Source: Candidatus Woesearchaeota archaeon (GTDB lineage Archaea; Nanobdellota; Nanobdellia; SCGC-AAA011-G17; JACPIM01). Taken from it: a DNA stretch of 34,562 bases. Location of the stretch: NCBI GenBank assembly GCA_965603615.1, contig CBFDDQ010000002.1, forward strand, positions 1 through 34,562, in the 5' to 3' direction. Of this stretch, positions 30,846 through 34,562 are shown piece after piece (the stretch's first letter is position 1; every line of letters begins with the position of its first letter). The notes under the pieces are model-generated. The model did not search any database and was not told the DNA's origin. It saw nothing but the letters and a program-made list of their open reading frames with translations. The translations under genes were made by a program, and so were the position numbers.

Positions 30846-31382
30846 ATGAATCTAAACCAACTACACAACCAAGAATTAAAACTATTGCTAAAACACTATA
30901 ATTTCAAAAATAAAAGAGTTCTAGATGTAGGATGTGGTAGAGGTGAATTAACATCTAAATTAGGTAAATATTGCAAGGAAATAATAGGTATAGATTCTAG
31001 TATAAAGAAACTAAAACAAGCAAAGAAATCTAAGAAAGTTAAATATAAAAAAGCATTAGCTGAAAAATTACCATTTAAAGATAAATCCTTTGATTGTATA
31101 ATCATTATAGTAACATTACATCATATGAAAAATAAAAATAAGATTTTAAGGGAAATAAAGAGAGTATTAAAAGATAAAGGCAAATTAATAATTTTAGAAA
31201 GTGGAATTCACACCAAATTTGAAAAAATTTGCAAAGACCTTAAGAAAGAATATCCTATAAGAAAACAAGCAAAATTATATCTAAATAAACAGAGAATATT
31301 AAAGAAAGAACTATACAAAATAGTAGAATTTAAAATTAATGGTATATCACTAAAAAACACATTTTATATTTTTAAAAAATAA
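30846..31382 (+). CDS. class I SAM-dependent methyltransferase
   Basis: Motif I VLDVGCGRGELT, post-I IGIDSS, and FDCIIIIVTLHHM typical of Methyltransf_11/25. Confidence 0.8.
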   Translation: MNLNQLHNQELKLLLKHYNFKNKRVLDVGCGRGELTSKLGKYCKEIIGIDSSIKKLKQAKKSKKVKYKKALAEKLPFKDKSFDCIIIIVTLHHMKNKNKILREIKRVLKDKGKLIILESGIHTKFEKICKDLKKEYPIRKQAKLYLNKQRILKKELYKIVEFKINGISLKNTFYIFKK

Positions 31383-31435
31383 AAGAGGTTGATAAAACCA
31401 AAACATTTATAATGTAGGAAATAAATCCCACATTT

Positions 31436-31948
31436 ATGAAAAACAAACTCCAAAACCTATTCTTCATTAATCCTATGTCTAAATTTCATGTAAGAGAATT
31501 AAGCAGAATAACTAAATTAGACACAAAAACAGTTATGAAATACCTTAAAGAATTAGTAAAAGAAGAAATAATCATAAAAAGAAAAATAAAGCATAAATAT
31601 CCTTATTATGAAGCAAACAGATCATCATATATATATAGATATGAAAAAAGCAACCTTATAATCAAAAAAACAATAAAAAGTAAATTAATTGAATATTTAA
31701 ATAAACAACTGCACCCACAAGTAATAGTTTTGTTTGGTAGTATGCAAAAAGGAACTTATCATAAAAAAAGTGATATTGATTTATTTATAAAGACAAAATA
31801 TAAAAAAATTGATTTTAACAAATATGAGAAAAAGATTGGGTATAAAATTAATCCTTTATTTGAACAAAATCTAAAAAAATTAAGCAAGGGATTATTGCAA
31901 AATATTTATAATGGATATATACTTAGTGGAAATTTAAAGGTAATCTAA
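31436..31948 (+). CDS. nucleotidyltransferase (MNT-type) with N-terminal wHTH
   Basis: LFGSMQKGTYHKKSDIDLFI (the GS-x-G-x-SDIDL motif). N-terminal FHVRELSRITKLDTKTVMKYLKELVKEEII. Confidence 0.75.
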   Translation: MKNKLQNLFFINPMSKFHVRELSRITKLDTKTVMKYLKELVKEEIIIKRKIKHKYPYYEANRSSYIYRYEKSNLIIKKTIKSKLIEYLNKQLHPQVIVLFGSMQKGTYHKKSDIDLFIKTKYKKIDFNKYEKKIGYKINPLFEQNLKKLSKGLLQNIYNGYILSGNLKVI

Positions 31949-32397
31949 TGGCAAAAAGAAAAAGTTATGATGAATGTATAAAAGAGAATAATTTAATTCA
32001 AACTATTCCTGATAAAAATAAAGCTGAAGAATTATTAAAATTAGCCAAACACAGAATAGAATTTTGGGAAGAAATTAAAGAAAAATCAGATAAATATACT
32101 TCTTTATTCATAGAAGGACATTATGAGATAATAAAGGAGCTTTTTACAGTAATAGTGTCTCTAGATGGATGGAAAGCGCTTAATCATGAATGTTTATTTG
32201 CTTATATTATTCAAAATTATAAAGATAAAATTGAAATAGACTTTGAATTTTTATTAGAATTGAAAGATACAAGAAACTCTATAGATTATAGAAGAATTAT
32301 GTTAGGAAAAGACAAGTGGGATAATGTTAAGCTTAAAGTTGATGTATCTATAAAAGCTTTAATAAACTATATAAAAGAAAGAATTGAAGAAGAATGA
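31948..32397 (+). CDS. HEPN-domain protein, partner of the upstream MNT
   Basis: 149-aa all-helical ORF with a TAATG overlap to the MNT gene. TRNSIDYRR lies in the position of the HEPN R-x4-[HY] motif. Confidence 0.6.
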   Translation: MAKRKSYDECIKENNLIQTIPDKNKAEELLKLAKHRIEFWEEIKEKSDKYTSLFIEGHYEIIKELFTVIVSLDGWKALNHECLFAYIIQNYKDKIEIDFEFLLELKDTRNSIDYRRIMLGKDKWDNVKLKVDVSIKALINYIKERIEEE

Positions 32398-32768
32398 AAA
32401 AATATATTCCAATAGCAGTAATACTTATAATTTTAGATCAAATAATTAAAACAATAGTCACAAAATATTACACTTTTTCAAAAAACACAGGAGCAATTTT
32501 TGGAATCTTATCAAACCACACTTATATTATCATTCTTCTAACATTCTTTGCTTTAGGTTTCTTAATCTACTACACACCAAAAATAAAAAACCAGATAGGT
32601 TTGGCTTTAATTTTTGCAGGACTGATAGGAAATTTAATAGACAGGCTAGTTTACAGATATGTTATAGACTACATAAGAATATACACTTATCCAGCATTCA
32701 ATCTAGCAGATATATTCCTAACAGTAGGAGTTATAATTATAATTATTCACTTAAGAAATAAGTTCTGA
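32394..32768 (+). CDS. lspA: lipoprotein signal peptidase (signal peptidase II)
   Basis: LDQIIK, NTGAIFG, IGNLIDRL and FNLADIF cover both catalytic-Asp boxes of LspA. Compact at 124 aa. ATGA overlap with the HEPN gene. Confidence 0.8.
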   Translation: MKKYIPIAVILIILDQIIKTIVTKYYTFSKNTGAIFGILSNHTYIIILLTFFALGFLIYYTPKIKNQIGLALIFAGLIGNLIDRLVYRYVIDYIRIYTYPAFNLADIFLTVGVIIIIIHLRNKF

Positions 32769-33179
32769 AATTCTTCTGCTCTTAGGTATAAGCAATTTTC
32801 CTTTAACAACCTTGCCACATCCTAAATAATCTTCACCGCACTTAACAATTACATACCCTTTCAATTTAGTATCAACTTCAATATTCTTTCCCAAAAACCA
32901 ATCACCAAAATCATCCAAAACCAAAACATTCTTCTCAGCTTTAGAACCAAATAACTGTGAACCCTCTACACTCATCCTAATGCCATCCACTTCTTTCTTA
33001 AAAACATACAAACCAACTGTATTAATATTAAAATCTTCTAAATTAATTTCATTAATCTCTTTATTCACAATGAAAATCCTTCCTTTCTTGCTCTCAACAA
33101 ACACATAATCAAAACCAAGTTTAATACCAAACTGTTTATTCAACCCTCTAATTATCTTCCTAATCTCAGTCTTGGACAT
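32751..33179 (-). CDS. NIP7-like / PUA-domain protein (ribosome biogenesis, UPF0113-like)
   Basis: ~142 aa starting at MSKTEIRK. The C-terminal GYVIVKCGEDYLGCGKVVKGKLLIPKSRRI resembles archaeal NIP7/PUA proteins. The 3' end overlaps the lspA end convergently. Confidence 0.5.
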   Translation of the reverse strand: MSKTEIRKIIRGLNKQFGIKLGFDYVFVESKKGRIFIVNKEINEINLEDFNINTVGLYVFKKEVDGIRMSVEGSQLFGSKAEKNVLVLDDFGDWFLGKNIEVDTKLKGYVIVKCGEDYLGCGKVVKGKLLIPKSRRISELIS

Positions 33180-33242
33180 TATATGCATACTGCAATATAC
33201 ACATAGTAACATTTATAAATATAATCTCTGTAAAAACTTAAC

Positions 33243-33932
33243 ATGGAAGTCCCAAAACATATAGGTCTTATTTTAGATGGAAATAGAAGATTTGCTAAAA
33301 AATTAATGCTTAAACCTTGGAAAGGTCATGAATGGGGATATGAAAAAATAAAGGCACTTATGGACTGGACAAAAGAATTAGGAGTAAAAGAACTAACTCT
33401 TTATGTATTCTCAATTAAAAATTTTAACAGGCCTAAAGAAGAATTCAAATATATAATGGATTTATTCTACAAAGCTTTCACAGAAGTTAAAGAAGACCCA
33501 AAAATAAAAGATATTAAAATAAATTTTATAGGAAGAATCCACATGTTCCCAGAAAAAGTTCAAAAAGCTATGACAGACTTAATGGAAACTACCAAAAATA
33601 ATAAAGAATACACAGTTAACTTTGCAATGGCTTATGGCGGAAGAGAAGAAATCATAGATGCAGTCAAAAAAATATCAGAACAAGTAAAACAAGGAAAATT
33701 AAACATAGACCAAATAAACAAAGAAACTTTCGGAAGCAACATGTACATGAATGATGATGTAGAACTAATAATAAGAACCTCAGGAGAAAAAAGAACATCT
33801 GACTTCCTACCCTGGCAGGGACACTACGCAGAATGGATCTTTCTTGATAAATATTGGCCTGAATTTGAAAAAGAAGATTTTGTAAACTGTATAGAAGAAT
33901 ATAATTCAAGACAAAGAAGATTTGGAAAATAA
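33243..33932 (+). CDS. uppS: cis-prenyltransferase (undecaprenyl-diphosphate synthase family)
   Basis: HIGLILDGNRRFAKK, LTLYVFSIKNFNRPKEE, IRTSGEKRTSDFLPWQ. Confidence 0.9.
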   Translation: MEVPKHIGLILDGNRRFAKKLMLKPWKGHEWGYEKIKALMDWTKELGVKELTLYVFSIKNFNRPKEEFKYIMDLFYKAFTEVKEDPKIKDIKINFIGRIHMFPEKVQKAMTDLMETTKNNKEYTVNFAMAYGGREEIIDAVKKISEQVKQGKLNIDQINKETFGSNMYMNDDVELIIRTSGEKRTSDFLPWQGHYAEWIFLDKYWPEFEKEDFVNCIEEYNSRQRRFGK

Positions 33933-34458
33933 TTCTAAAATGCAAAAATTAATAGTTGTAAATAATAAAGATGAAATCCTGGGATACAAAGACAAAGAAG
34001 AATGCCACAAAGGATTAGGCATAACACACAGAGCTTTCTCAGTTTTTATATTAAACAGCAAAAATCAATTACTAATCCAAAAAAGAAGCAGACAAAAACC
34101 TCTATGGAATGGTTATTGGGCAAATTCCTGCTGCTCTCACCCAAGAGAAAATGAAAAAGATATAATAAAATGCGCAGAAAAAAGACTGCAGGAAGAACTA
34201 GGTTTTACAACAAAACTAAAGCCATTATTTAAATTTCATTATCAGGCAAAATTCAAAGATATAGGCTCAGAAAATGAGCTTGATTATGTTTTATTAGGTA
34301 ATTACAATGGAAAAGTAAAACCAAATCAAGAAGAAGTAGAAGAATACAAATGGGTTAATTTAGAATATCTAAAACAAGATATGAAAACAAACCATAAAAT
34401 ATACTCACCTTGGTTCTTAATTGCTTTCAAGAAATTAACTAAATATTTAAATAACTAA
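33922..34458 (+). CDS. idi: isopentenyl-diphosphate delta-isomerase, type 1 (Nudix)
   Basis: HRAFSVFILNSKNQLLIQKRSRQKPLWNGYWANSCCSHP and SENELDYV. An alternative start lies at 33940. Confidence 0.85.
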   Translation: MENNSKMQKLIVVNNKDEILGYKDKEECHKGLGITHRAFSVFILNSKNQLLIQKRSRQKPLWNGYWANSCCSHPRENEKDIIKCAEKRLQEELGFTTKLKPLFKFHYQAKFKDIGSENELDYVLLGNYNGKVKPNQEEVEEYKWVNLEYLKQDMKTNHKIYSPWFLIAFKKLTKYLNN

Positions 34459-34474
34459 TTACTATTATAAATCT

Positions 34475-34562
34475 ATGAATAAACAGATTTTAGCCTTCGC
34501 TCTGCAAAATGCTATAAAATACAAAGGAAAAGCAAACATAAACGCAGTCATAGGTCTGGCAT
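34475..34562 (+). CDS. 5' fragment of a CDS, probably archaeal glutamyl-tRNA synthetase (runs off the window)
   Basis: MNKQILAFALQNAIKYKGKANINAVIGLA resembles the ALxNA[IV]KHxGKAxxxAV[IM]G N-terminus I recall from archaeal GluRS. Only 29 codons are available. Confidence 0.35.
   Translation, partial: MNKQILAFALQNAIKYKGKANINAVIGLA

Noticed and set aside
33664-33945. 93-aa minus-strand ORF
   Set aside because: It is antisense to the 3' half of uppS, a low-complexity shadow.

Overview
Visibly AT-rich, gene-dense archaeal window with about 50 genes and short or overlapping intergenic gaps. It is best explained as a small-genome DPANN-type archaeon. Archaeal information-processing genes (RtcB tRNA ligase, ABCE1, class-I CCA-adding enzyme, NIP7-like PUA protein, intron-bearing tRNA) sit beside bacterial-type genes (LspA, Zn-lid adenylate kinase, type-1 IDI). 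Blocks: (1) 41-2985: GTPase/DUF2073-like/Zn-ribbon operon and rtcB. (2) 3075-4964: lipobox TolB-like beta-propeller. (3) 4970-14838: minus-strand archaeal type IV pilus (FlaI/FlaJ- or Tad-like) locus, with a secretion ATPase interrupted by a 485-aa LAGLIDADG intein, two FlaJ/TadBC-like membrane proteins and seven proteins carrying K-K-G class III signal motifs. (4) 14849-20472: housekeeping genes: adk, tRNA-Thr, a 142-nt tRNA-Leu that I can only fold after removing three introns, ABCE1, a CPA-type antiporter lacking both signature Asp residues, and cca. (5) 20549-32397: an accessory-looking stretch. It holds a protein with a 149-aa Lys-free disordered region, a fused NTase-HEPN, and an 8-gene co-directional cluster that includes a TIM-barrel protein split by a ~300-aa charged insertion and a 481-aa unknown. 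It also holds a HicA/HicB-like pair, a TrmB regulator, a divergent three-gene cassette almost devoid of lysine (my best candidate for something undescribed), two GNATs, a methyltransferase and an MNT-HEPN pair. (6) 32394-34562: lspA, NIP7-like, uppS, idi and the start of a probable GluRS. No rRNA, CRISPR array, transposase or integrase was seen. All family calls are by-eye motif recognition without database searches.
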